DNA of 64,000 nt from Chlorobiota bacterium (GTDB taxonomy: Bacteria > Bacteroidota > Ignavibacteria > Kapaibacteriales > NICIL-2): contig JBGAKH010000014.1 in assembly GCA_044224515.1 (NCBI GenBank), positions 12,722 through 76,721 of the forward strand, read 5' to 3'. The notes beneath the pieces were generated by a model. It was not told the DNA's origin. It was given only the letters and a program-made list of their open reading frames with translations, and searched no databases. Position numbers and translations under genes: made by a program. Positions 37,430-46,288 of the stretch are shown here, piece after piece. How positions within the stretch are numbered: position 1 is the stretch's first letter; the number at the start of each line of letters is the position of its first letter.

Positions 37430-38479
37430 TTATCCTCCGATTGCGATCATTGGTCGATCGGTCGAGCTCGTGCGTTGCACTGCCCAGTCGACCGTGACAT
37501 GTCCGCCAAGTTTTTCGGCTTTGAGCTGCAGCGCATCGTGAATGATTGTGCGCAGCTCTGAACCGGCACGCAAAGGAGCGAGGAGATCAGTTTCAGTGCT
37601 GCCAAACAGGCATGTTCGCAGTTTTCCATCGGCTGACAAACGCAGGCGATTGCACTGTGCACAGAAGGGTTCTGTCATTGTTGAGATAAAGCCTATGCGA
37701 TTGTTCTTTCCCATCAGACTGAAGCTTCGTGCTGTGTCATGAAGATCGTTTGTGCACGGTTGCAGCGGACCAAATCGTTGACTTATCAGTTGTTGAAGTT
37801 GGGCAGAGGGAAGTACCATAGAAGCAGACCATTCATTGCCCGGAAATGGCATAAACTCAATAAAGCGAAGCTCCGCGGTATAGGGCGCAGTCCACTCGAC
37901 GAAGTCAAGAACTTCGTCGTCGTTGATGCCCTTCATTACAACGACATTAATCTTCAGCGAGTAGAACCCTGAGGCGTCTTGAAGACAGTTCTCGATGTTT
38001 CTTCGAACCCTGTGAAGATCATCCACACCCGTCAACGCCTTGAAGCGATCAGAGCGCAATGAGTCTATGCTCACATTCAGCGAACGAACAGCGCATCGTC
38101 GTAACACGCTATCAAAATTATGGAGCAATGATGCGTTCGTACTCAGGCACAGTTCCACAGGCAGTGCAGAGAGTCCCTCGATAATCTCTGCGGCATCTCG
38201 ACGCAACAGCGGCTCTCCGCCGGTCAATCGGATTTTTTGTATTCCCATGCTTACAAACTGACCTGCCAGTAGAAGAATCTCCGCGGCGCTCAGACGTGGT
38301 CCGCTATGGAACACCGGAAGTAGTGATGATTCTGAGTCCGGGTTTCTCTGTTTATGGTGCTCATGGTCATGCTCGTGCCACTCCGGTGCCGGCAGACAAT
38401 AACGGCAACGATAGTTACAGCTATCGGTAATCGACAGCCGAAGGTAGGTATGAGGGCGACCAAAGCTGTCCTGCAGCAT
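37430..38479 (-). CDS. moaA: GTP 3',8-cyclase (radical SAM)
   Basis: D.FGR...YLRLS.TD.CNYRCRYC, LTGGEP, RFIEFMP, FC..CNRLRL.ADG.LR.CLF and C-terminal M..IGG. Confidence 0.96.
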   Translation of the reverse strand: MLQDSFGRPHTYLRLSITDSCNYRCRYCLPAPEWHEHDHEHHKQRNPDSESSLLPVFHSGPRLSAAEILLLAGQFVSMGIQKIRLTGGEPLLRRDAAEIIEGLSALPVELCLSTNASLLHNFDSVLRRCAVRSLNVSIDSLRSDRFKALTGVDDLHRVRRNIENCLQDASGFYSLKINVVVMKGINDDEVLDFVEWTAPYTAELRFIEFMPFPGNEWSASMVLPSAQLQQLISQRFGPLQPCTNDLHDTARSFSLMGKNNRIGFISTMTEPFCAQCNRLRLSADGKLRTCLFGSTETDLLAPLRAGSELRTIIHDALQLKAEKLGGHVTVDWAVQRTSSTDRPMIAIGG

Positions 38480-39135
38480 ATCTCGATGGTGGTTCAAATG
38501 AAGCAATATCCGCCGTTCGCGTATGAACGAAGATACGCAGTGCATGTGGTATCACTTTCGATCTCTTCATCCAAGATGTGCATCTCCATACGTGATGGCT
38601 ACGAATACGCTTGTCGGCTTCGGTACTGCACTCGCAGTCAACAGCCACTTCTGCTACTCAATACATAGACATCAAGATCCGTTTATCTCTACACTACCAG
38701 AGATCGAACCGGGATTATTGCGAAAAACATCACCTCACCTAGAATGGTAGAACTCTCGTAACTACTATTACGATATATGACATAGAATATATTAAGGATA
38801 AATTGGTCCGCAATTTGTTGCCTGATTCAGTACCGAGATTCACGGTGCTTTCGGTGCAAAAGATCTTTTTGGATTTTGTACTTTAAGTCCGAAGTTTGTA
38901 AGACGGATTTGCGTTGAAGTCTACCATTTACACTCTCCAAATCCGGATTGGTAGAAGAGAATTGGAGACCACCGGTTGCTTTTTGACAGCTTTTGCCTTC
39001 GGCAAACAGAAAATTTTCCTAATGTTCGGATCATGGAAGATGCGAAAATTTGAGAAAAACGGGGAAAAGCCTCCGCGTGTTAAAAAAAGTGAAAAAATAT
39101 TTTTGATAATAAAGATATCTAGGTCTTTTATTCCC

Positions 39136-39143
39136 TATATTTG
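39136..39143 (+). promoter_or_regulatory. Candidate -7 element TATATTTG for the yceI operon
   Basis: Exact TAnnTTTG in an AT-rich stretch about 200 bp upstream of ATG 39346. Confidence 0.4.
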
Positions 39144-39345
39144 CAGTGGATTCTTGACAACGAAAACGAACGGCAACACAACAGAAGGGGAGAGGCGGAT
39201 ACTTATTTAGGATATGCGCATCTTAATAACCTATTGTTGTGAGAACACTGAAATTGATTGTTGCTGAGCATGAAGTATAGGAACTGGATCTGATGATGAC
39301 GTTCAGCGACAACATTACAATACATCAACACGAAAGGATAGAGCA

Positions 39346-39921
39346 ATGAGACAGTCTTTTTGGATTAGTGCCCTAATGGTCGTTGTACTGGCGGGTTCTG
39401 CAGTGAACGCTGAAAAATACAGCTCCAAGAGCTGCAAGATGAGCGTTGCAGGAACATCAACACTTCACGATTGGTCATGTCCGGCGAGCAAAGTTTCTTC
39501 GAACAGCGACCTTACTATTAGCGGCACAGACTTACAAGCGGTAAATAGTTTATGGCTCGAAGTGGAAGTAAAGTCGATCAAGTCTGAGAAGGAAGCCATG
39601 GATGAAAAAATCTATGATGCTTTGAAGGCAGACCAGCACCAAAAGATCACGTTTCAATTGTTACGAACCAAGTCCATTGAGCGCAAAGGCAACGACTTTG
39701 TCGTGACTGTCAATGGAACAATGACCATAGCGGGAAGTGCTCAGAATGTGGACCTTGTTGCAACCGGTAAAATCCTTGCCAATGGCGATGTACAGTTTTC
39801 CGGTACAAAGAAAATGAAGATGACCACTTTTAAAGTTGATCCTCCGACCGCGATGTGGGGAGTTGTTAAGAGTGGTGATGACATCACTGTCAGCTTCGAT
39901 TTGGTTTTAAAGAAAGGATAG
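39346..39921 (+). CDS. yceI: YceI-family periplasmic lipid/polyisoprenoid-binding protein
   Basis: Signal peptide; GTSTLHDW, MD...Y.ALKA..H..I.F, G..TIAG and M..F.V.PPTA..G....GD.I.V.F. Confidence 0.9.
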   Translation: MRQSFWISALMVVVLAGSAVNAEKYSSKSCKMSVAGTSTLHDWSCPASKVSSNSDLTISGTDLQAVNSLWLEVEVKSIKSEKEAMDEKIYDALKADQHQKITFQLLRTKSIERKGNDFVVTVNGTMTIAGSAQNVDLVATGKILANGDVQFSGTKKMKMTTFKVDPPTAMWGVVKSGDDITVSFDLVLKKG

Positions 39922-40020
39922 TACCGGTGGATGCCTCATATATAGGCATACATCATACTCGACTTAAAAGTATTACACAGTAAATCAGTTCCCTCATTCC
40001 TCAACTTTTTGGAGTATACC

Positions 40021-41403
40021 ATGAAAAAGTTATTGTTTGCGATGCTTGCAGTGTTATTCGGCACTTCAACCCTAAGCGCGCAACTTCCGTCAATACAGAA
40101 CTGGCGCCCCTATGATATGAACGGGCTCGGTGTATTTGAAGCACCGAAAGACGAAAACACACGCTTCGACGGCTTGAAAGTACGTTTTGGTGCAGGCTTC
40201 ACGCAACAGTATCAAAACCTTGGTCACAGCAATGTTATTGACACAAATCTTTACAAGCTGAAACCAATTACCGGCGGTTTTGCAACAGCTCAAGCTAACC
40301 TTCACATGGACGTTCAACTGGAAGATGGTATTCGTATGCAAGTAACCACATACTTGTCATCACGTCACCATAATGAAGCATGGGTTAAGGGCGGCTACAT
40401 TCAATTCGATAAACTCGGATTCTTGGGCGTTGATGCGTTGAACAGCATCATGAAGTATGTGACGATTAAAGTTGGTCACATGGAAATCAATTACGGTGAT
40501 GCACACTTCCGTCGTTCAGATGGTGGCCAAACATTGTACAACTACTTCATGGACAATAACATTGTCGATGCGTATGCTACAGAAATCGGTACAGAAATCT
40601 ACTTCCGTACCAGTGGTTTCATGGCGATGGTCGGTGCTACCAATGGTGCCATTAAGGGTTCGGTAGATGAATTGACAGCTATCCGAGTCAACGGACAAAT
40701 CGTTGGCGATGGCGATACTTCAAAGGCTCCTGCAATGTTGTTCAAGCTGGCATATGATACCAAGATTGGTGATAACCTCCGCGTTCGCGCTAGCGGCTCC
40801 GGTTACATGGTATCCAGCTCACAAAGCAACACATTGTTCGGTGGCGACCGCACAGGATCAAACTACTGGATGGTTGTTGAGCCGACTGCAGCTACCTATA
40901 CCGCCAATGCATTCTCCGGTCGTTTGAACCCGGGCTTCAGCGATAAGGTAAGTGCATACATGTTTAATCTCTTTGTAAAGGCTAGTGGCTTGGAAGTGTT
41001 CGGTACCTTTGAAACCGCGACCGGTCACAATGCAAGTGACAAAGACGCTGCCGGAAAATCAATCGATCGTTCCTTCACACAAATCGTAGCTGACGCAGTC
41101 TATCGTTTCGGTGCTTCAGAAAATGCATTCTTTGGTGTTCGCTACAACATGGTTTCCGGTAACTTCCTCACCGCTACCAGTGCAACGATTCCGAAGCAAA
41201 CAGTTGACCGTATCGCTATTGCTGCAGGTTGGTACATCACCAACAATGTTAGCCTCAAGGCTGAATATGTCATGCAAAACTATGGTACCGGTTCAAGCGC
41301 AACTTTGGTTGCTCCGACCAATGATAAGGATTTCCCGGTACGCGACATTCGCCACGGTGCAAAGTTTAACGGTGTCGTCATCGAAGCAGCAGTAGGTCTC
41401 TAA
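40021..41403 (+). CDS. Putative outer-membrane beta-barrel protein
   Basis: Signal peptide ending LSA-Q; alternating beta-strand pattern; YLSSRHH.E.WVKGGY and INYGDAHFRRSD motifs; terminal strands AGWYIT.N...KAEYV.Q.Y ... GVVIEAAVGL. Confidence 0.75.
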   Translation: MKKLLFAMLAVLFGTSTLSAQLPSIQNWRPYDMNGLGVFEAPKDENTRFDGLKVRFGAGFTQQYQNLGHSNVIDTNLYKLKPITGGFATAQANLHMDVQLEDGIRMQVTTYLSSRHHNEAWVKGGYIQFDKLGFLGVDALNSIMKYVTIKVGHMEINYGDAHFRRSDGGQTLYNYFMDNNIVDAYATEIGTEIYFRTSGFMAMVGATNGAIKGSVDELTAIRVNGQIVGDGDTSKAPAMLFKLAYDTKIGDNLRVRASGSGYMVSSSQSNTLFGGDRTGSNYWMVVEPTAATYTANAFSGRLNPGFSDKVSAYMFNLFVKASGLEVFGTFETATGHNASDKDAAGKSIDRSFTQIVADAVYRFGASENAFFGVRYNMVSGNFLTATSATIPKQTVDRIAIAAGWYITNNVSLKAEYVMQNYGTGSSATLVAPTNDKDFPVRDIRHGAKFNGVVIEAAVGL

Positions 41404-41459
41404 GATCTCCTTTGACGAACAATACCCATCGTAGTTCGTGAGTACTTCACGTAAATCAT

Positions 41460-41500
41460 ATAGCCTGCGGACGAATCAACCCGTACGCAGGCTATTTTAT
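41460..41500 (+). terminator. Terminator-like hairpin between the barrel gene and the second yceI
   Basis: Stem ATAGCCTGCG...CGCAGGCTAT followed by TTTAT. Confidence 0.65.
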
Positions 41501-41521
41501 TATAGACTCGGAACGCATAGT

Positions 41522-42166
41522 ATGCGAAGTAGATTTGTCCACATAGTTGCTCAGTGCATGACGGCCATCTCCGTCATGCTAGCCCTGAGTTCATTTAGCG
41601 ATCCCCCGGTTTCAAGCCAAGACGTCAGCTACAGTATCGATCCGGGTTCTAACCTGACAATAGCGGGCACTAGTAACGTGAACAGCTTCACCTGTCTTTG
41701 TAACGAGACCTTCCTAAAACGAACGGTTCGTATCACAACCATCGACAGCATTCAGACACTGAAATTCTCCAATGCACTTCTCAAGCTTCCGACGAAGTCT
41801 ATGGATTGTGCTAACAGCCGAATGAATAGTGATTTATGTGACGCGCTTAAAGCGGACCAATACCCCTACATCGTCATCGAGTTGCATGAAGTGAATCTGC
41901 GCTCAGCTGGTGCACGTGTTGCAAAAGGGGAGTGGGTTGACGTGAAGGCTATTGCTAACCTCACCATCACCAACGTCTGCAAGCCGCTCATCATGGACGT
42001 TAAAATGAAGAAGATCGCCGGCGATAAGTATCGTTTCGTATGCAGTAAGGATCTAAAAATGACAGACTTCAAAGTTGATCCACCAACGGCACTGTTTGGT
42101 CTGATAAAAGTTCACAACGAAATCAAGATCAACCTAGATCTCACAACGACCCTCTACAGCAATTGA
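41522..42166 (+). CDS. yceI: YceI-family protein (second paralog)
   Basis: S.L.I.GTSNVNSF.C, DC....MN.D....LKAD.YP.I and MTDF...PP.ALFGLIKV...I.I. Confidence 0.88.
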   Translation: MRSRFVHIVAQCMTAISVMLALSSFSDPPVSSQDVSYSIDPGSNLTIAGTSNVNSFTCLCNETFLKRTVRITTIDSIQTLKFSNALLKLPTKSMDCANSRMNSDLCDALKADQYPYIVIELHEVNLRSAGARVAKGEWVDVKAIANLTITNVCKPLIMDVKMKKIAGDKYRFVCSKDLKMTDFKVDPPTALFGLIKVHNEIKINLDLTTTLYSN

Positions 42167-43031
42167 GAGCTCTAGATTCTTTTCTCAGCTCGCCCTATAC
42201 TGCGCCCTAAGCACTATACGATCGTCGTAGCCGACTCGCCCTCCCCTCCCCGAGGCTCAAGAACACAATGCATTACCGGTTTCGCTTAGTTCCGCCTCTG
42301 TCTGTGCATCGCCGTCCGGAAAACGAAGGAGCACGGGTACTCTCCTCATGTTCACCCTGCATTGCTCAGTCCAAAGTAGCGGGCGATAATGCTCAGGATG
42401 AAAGCTCCACGTACATGCCTCGCCTCGAATGAGTACCGGTGTTGACCTCACTGTCCGAAGACCTAAATGCCGACTAGCTTGTCTGCAATTTTGGCAGAGT
42501 GGCCTCAGTATGCTAGCCAAAGGAATGATAAAAGGGTTAAAGAAAGTAGCGCTCAGGGAGACGACGGGTCGCTGCAGATAGCGATCATACTCCGCGCAAT
42601 GTCAGTGCAACGCTTCGGGAATTCTAGCATGGATCTAGATCACGAAGCTTAGTGAAGGAGGTGTGTCGGAAGCTAAGCTTCCTAATGAAGCGCAGTTTCG
42701 TACCTTGTTGGTGACAGGCGTGTGCGCGGCTTTTTGGAGGCTTGGAAACTCAAATCGTGTGGAAAGTTTTCCACAGCCGCAGTCCCGAAAATCGCCCAAA
42801 CTGGCAAAAACGAGGCGATTTTGCCTTAGTCTGTCAATAGGTAAGTGTTTCTTCGTATTGAACTTAGCAATAAAGTTCGTAGCTTTGAGTCTCTTACAAA
42901 TCCGAGGAAGACGAAGCTTCGCTTGCGAAGCTTGGAGCTCTTGGACAGCGGGCTTCGGCATGATTCATGCACGAGTCCACGTACTCGAGCTACTCGGCTT
43001 GACTGTTTGTTTCACCATGAGAAGGTAGTGT

Positions 43032-43790
43032 TTGTTACCATCACTCAAACATATTACACGTTTCACACTCGTGCTCGCGTTCGTCTTATTGTTCGACTCG
43101 GCACAAATTTTCCCGGCGGGTAAGAGCCTAATCGCTCGCCTCACCACCAGCACGCCGGCGCGGTCCGAAGATCGCCAGATCCTTGACACTTTGTCATGCA
43201 CCAAGCTATCGGCCTCTTTCAAACAAGAGGGCAAAGCATCGTATTACGCAGACCAATTCCATGGTAGAAGTACCGCCAACGGCGAGAGCTTCGATATGGA
43301 CGGTTTCACGGCTGCGCACAGAACACTGCCTTTTGGCTCCATCGTTCGCGTCTCCAATCCGGAAAACAACACAGCGATTGTCGTCATGGTTAACGACCGT
43401 GGCCCCTTTGTTCACAAGCGTGTCATTGACATGGCTCGTGGTGCTGCTCGTTGTATTGACGTGAGCCTGCAAAAAGTCAACCTCGAAGCCTTCAAGCCCA
43501 AGGAATTTGAAGCTGAGGACTCCCACATTGGCTTTTTAGGAACTTCATACGAGCCCTATCGCGTTCAAGCTTCGGCTTTGAAAGTCAGCGATACCCTAGA
43601 GTGTTTTAGTGACGCTGTTCGCAAACACCGCATTTTGGCTGCGAAGAGTACCCAAAACGACGTCTTTTTAGTCGTCGCTAAAATCCCGACCTCGAATTCA
43701 GCGGATGCGACCACGAAGACTGCCTACCTCATTGCGACACGCAAGGATCCGGGCAATACCTTCGATACAGCAACGCTGCTAACCGAATAA
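43032..43790 (+). CDS. rlpA: Septal ring lytic transglycosylase RlpA-family protein
   Basis: G.ASYY...[27 protein letters not shown]...V.VNDRGPF...RVID. Confidence 0.93.
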   Translation: MLPSLKHITRFTLVLAFVLLFDSAQIFPAGKSLIARLTTSTPARSEDRQILDTLSCTKLSASFKQEGKASYYADQFHGRSTANGESFDMDGFTAAHRTLPFGSIVRVSNPENNTAIVVMVNDRGPFVHKRVIDMARGAARCIDVSLQKVNLEAFKPKEFEAEDSHIGFLGTSYEPYRVQASALKVSDTLECFSDAVRKHRILAAKSTQNDVFLVVAKIPTSNSADATTKTAYLIATRKDPGNTFDTATLLTE

Positions 43791-43820
43791 GAATCTCAAA
43801 GGTTCATCCGCGATACAGAT

Positions 43821-43856
43821 AAAAAGGCAGATTCCTTAGTTGGAATCTGCCTTTTT
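43821..43856. terminator. Bidirectional terminator between convergent rlpA and EEP genes
   Basis: 15-bp perfect inverted repeat AAAAAGGCAGATTCC/GGAATCTGCCTTTTT; overlaps the EEP stop codon. Confidence 0.8.
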
Positions 43857-44717
43857 TGTGCAATCAAACTGTGTGACGACCGGGCAGTGATCGCTGACGC
43901 CTTCCGCTTCCTTTTTCGTCAAGCTTGCGTAGATGTTTACGTTGTGCAGACTAGTTGGATGCCATCGCTTCGAGAGATGCTTGGTCGTGATGATGTGGTC
44001 GATGCCAAACCAGTTCGGGTTCTTACAGGAGTGCTGCTCCGCCGTCAGCATCACGACATTGCTGTCGGCTATAAGTTCACCGAGAGTAGGATTTTGCTGA
44101 CGTTGTACGAAGTCATTGCAATCTCCCAAGACCATCACGTTCTTCTGTCCACTTTGAACCAGGGAATCAATCCATGTGCAGAGCACGTGTATCTGCTCGC
44201 GACGGTTCACGTACGATTCCAGCTTCAGCTCTTTTGTGGAGTCGGCTCGCGAAGTGGACTTAAGGTGAACTACCATACAGAGTGCTGTGAATTCTTTCTT
44301 TCTGCAGTGAAAGACGAATCCGGCGCGGTTGCGTTCAGGGCGTGTTGCCAGGGGAAGGTAGTCCGAAGTCTCGCTAATTTCTACCCCTTCTTTATAGAGA
44401 ACACCGACGTTTTGGAGATGTCCTTTCGTTCCTAAATAGTACTTGTACTCCGGAAGGTAGCGCAAGACCCGTTGGAGTGCCGCTACATTCTCGATCTCTT
44501 CAATACCGAGTACATCAGCTTCGGTTTGCCGAATGATCGAGGCGACATTCTTGTAATCTTCTTCGCTTCGTGGTTTAACGTCCAATGAATCGCCGTCTCC
44601 CAACCACTCCACATTGAAGGTCCCGACCGTGATAACGGTGTCAGAATCCTCCGCTGCGCAAGCAGCTTGACCGAGAAAGCAAATGCTGAGGAGGGAAAGG
44701 AGAAAATAGGACTTCAT
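43836..44717 (-). CDS. Secreted endonuclease/exonuclease/phosphatase (EEP) family protein
   Basis: TFNVEW, D.L..EEIEN, VHLKS, LGD.ND, IDHI and SDHCPV; N-terminal signal peptide. Confidence 0.92.
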   Translation of the reverse strand: MKSYFLLSLLSICFLGQAACAAEDSDTVITVGTFNVEWLGDGDSLDVKPRSEEDYKNVASIIRQTEADVLGIEEIENVAALQRVLRYLPEYKYYLGTKGHLQNVGVLYKEGVEISETSDYLPLATRPERNRAGFVFHCRKKEFTALCMVVHLKSTSRADSTKELKLESYVNRREQIHVLCTWIDSLVQSGQKNVMVLGDCNDFVQRQQNPTLGELIADSNVVMLTAEQHSCKNPNWFGIDHIITTKHLSKRWHPTSLHNVNIYASLTKKEAEGVSDHCPVVTQFDCTKKADSN

Positions 44718-44887
44718 AGGTGCCGCATTTGTATAGGTGTGGTAGAATGTAGTCTTGGGCTGCTTCGGGTGTAGTGTTGAGCACTCGGTCCTCAGGCCTC
44801 CTGCTGAATTTCAGGCAGTCTGTCATCTAAGAGCGCTATCTAAGTGCCAATGGCTCGGCAGAGGAGCTCCCGTCTGTAAAAATAACA

Positions 44888-44917
44888 AAGGCCTCACGCT
44901 AGGAAACGTGAAGCCTT
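44888..44917 (-). terminator. Possible terminator after the oxidoreductase gene
   Basis: Minus strand AAGGCTTCACG...CGTGAGGCCTT followed by TGTTATTTT. Confidence 0.5.
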
Positions 44918-44975
44918 GAAAAAGATGACAAACCAATCGTTTGATTTTTCGTTTGAGGACAACAGAGCACTATTC

Positions 44976-46034
44976 TTAGTGCGATTCACTCGAGAAGGAG
45001 GAGCGGAAAGTCGGGACACGCTCATCTGCGTAGCCCGGAAGCGTGACTTTTTGCCCACCGTTTTTAATGGAGCGTTCAGCGGCTTCCAGGATCGCGGTTA
45101 CATCGCGACCTGCGGTTCCGTCGCAAATTGGTGTATCGCCTGTTTTGATACAGTGAACGAAGTGTTTCACGACTTCTGCCAATGCTTCGGTGTTTGAAAT
45201 TTGGGGCGCATGCATGTCGCCGGCGCGGTATTGCACACGAAGGTCGTACTCACCATCCTTGGAATTGACGTCGACACCCTTATCGTAAATACGCACTTTC
45301 TCGCTTGTCTGCATATCATCGTAGTAGATCATCTTGTCGGATCCACCCACGCAGATTGTACGGATTTTTACCGGAGACAGCCAGTTAACATGGAAATGAG
45401 CCATGATGTGCTCATCGTAGAAGACTGACAAATAGGCAATGTCTTCGTGATCATAATAGTGCTTCATTCCGGTTGCCGAAACGGCGATAGGACGTGAATT
45501 CACGAGGTAGTTAAGAATGGAGATATCGTGCGGAGCAAGATCCCACATTACATTGACGTCAGGTTGGAACAAACCAAGGTTAGCACGTACGGAATCGAAG
45601 TACAATACGTCGCCGATAGCGCCGCTGTCAATCAAGTCCTTCATCTTTTTGACGGCTCCCGTGAACAAAAAGGTGTGGTCGACCATCAATGTCAGCTTGA
45701 GTTCGGCTGCAATGGTCACCAAGTCTTGTGCTTGCTGAGACGTACGCGTAAAGGGCTTCTCCATAAGAACATGCTTGCCGTTCTCTAAGGCTTTGCGAGC
45801 GAGGTCGTAGTGTGTGTAAACAGGGGTGGCGATGACCACTGCTGAGATAGACGGATCGTTAAAGACTTTTTGCGAATCTGTTTCAGGGATCACTCCCGGA
45901 AACTTCGCAACGCACGAAGCCAATCGATCCTTATTCGCGTCACACACGGTAACACTGCCGATTTCTTTGTTTGCGAGAAGATTACGAACGAGGTTAGGAC
46001 CCCAATAGCCTAGACCAATCACGGCAACATTCAT
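44976..46034 (-). CDS. Gfo/Idh/MocA-family oxidoreductase (nucleotide-sugar dehydrogenase-like)
   Basis: IGLGYWGPNL.RN, ATP..TH, EKP, VDHTF, NLG.FQ.DVNV.WDLAPHD and WLSPVKIR. Confidence 0.92.
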   Translation of the reverse strand: MNVAVIGLGYWGPNLVRNLLANKEIGSVTVCDANKDRLASCVAKFPGVIPETDSQKVFNDPSISAVVIATPVYTHYDLARKALENGKHVLMEKPFTRTSQQAQDLVTIAAELKLTLMVDHTFLFTGAVKKMKDLIDSGAIGDVLYFDSVRANLGLFQPDVNVMWDLAPHDISILNYLVNSRPIAVSATGMKHYYDHEDIAYLSVFYDEHIMAHFHVNWLSPVKIRTICVGGSDKMIYYDDMQTSEKVRIYDKGVDVNSKDGEYDLRVQYRAGDMHAPQISNTEALAEVVKHFVHCIKTGDTPICDGTAGRDVTAILEAAERSIKNGGQKVTLPGYADERVPTFRSSFSSESH

Positions 46035-46288
46035 GACTACTTCCTTGTAAAATGAATAGCGTTTGTCATAGTAGTATCGTCGTGGAACGACGAACAGTTG
46101 AATACTCAGCGAGAATGATATCTCGAAGACTCATTCATCAAAGGACGTGCCAGTAATCGAAAGCTATGAATGTCGCTGTCGGTAGGGTCGTGCTTGGAGC
46201 GGAAAGACAGTGTTTATGAGACGTTTCACCTATTGTAGGGCTCTGCTCTACACAGGCAACCAAGCTACGCTTGTGGAGGTGTGGCTGT

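Noticed and set aside
38771-38794. CGATATAT-N8-ATATAT as a ModE box upstream of moaA
   Set aside because: Spacing between the TATAT half-sites is 9 rather than the canonical 7, the right flank does not match, the region is AT-rich and no modE is in the window.
39294-39305. TGA-N6-TCA as an FNR/CRP-type site for the yceI operon
   Set aside because: Only a 6-bp match, located downstream of the candidate promoter element; expected by chance.
42170-43030. Long intergenic regions (also 10816-11650 and 53206-53843) as ncRNA genes or small CDSs
   Set aside because: I recognised no tRNA, tmRNA, RNase P, SRP or riboswitch signature, and the ORFs have no protein-like motifs; an Infernal/Rfam scan would be needed to exclude an ncRNA.
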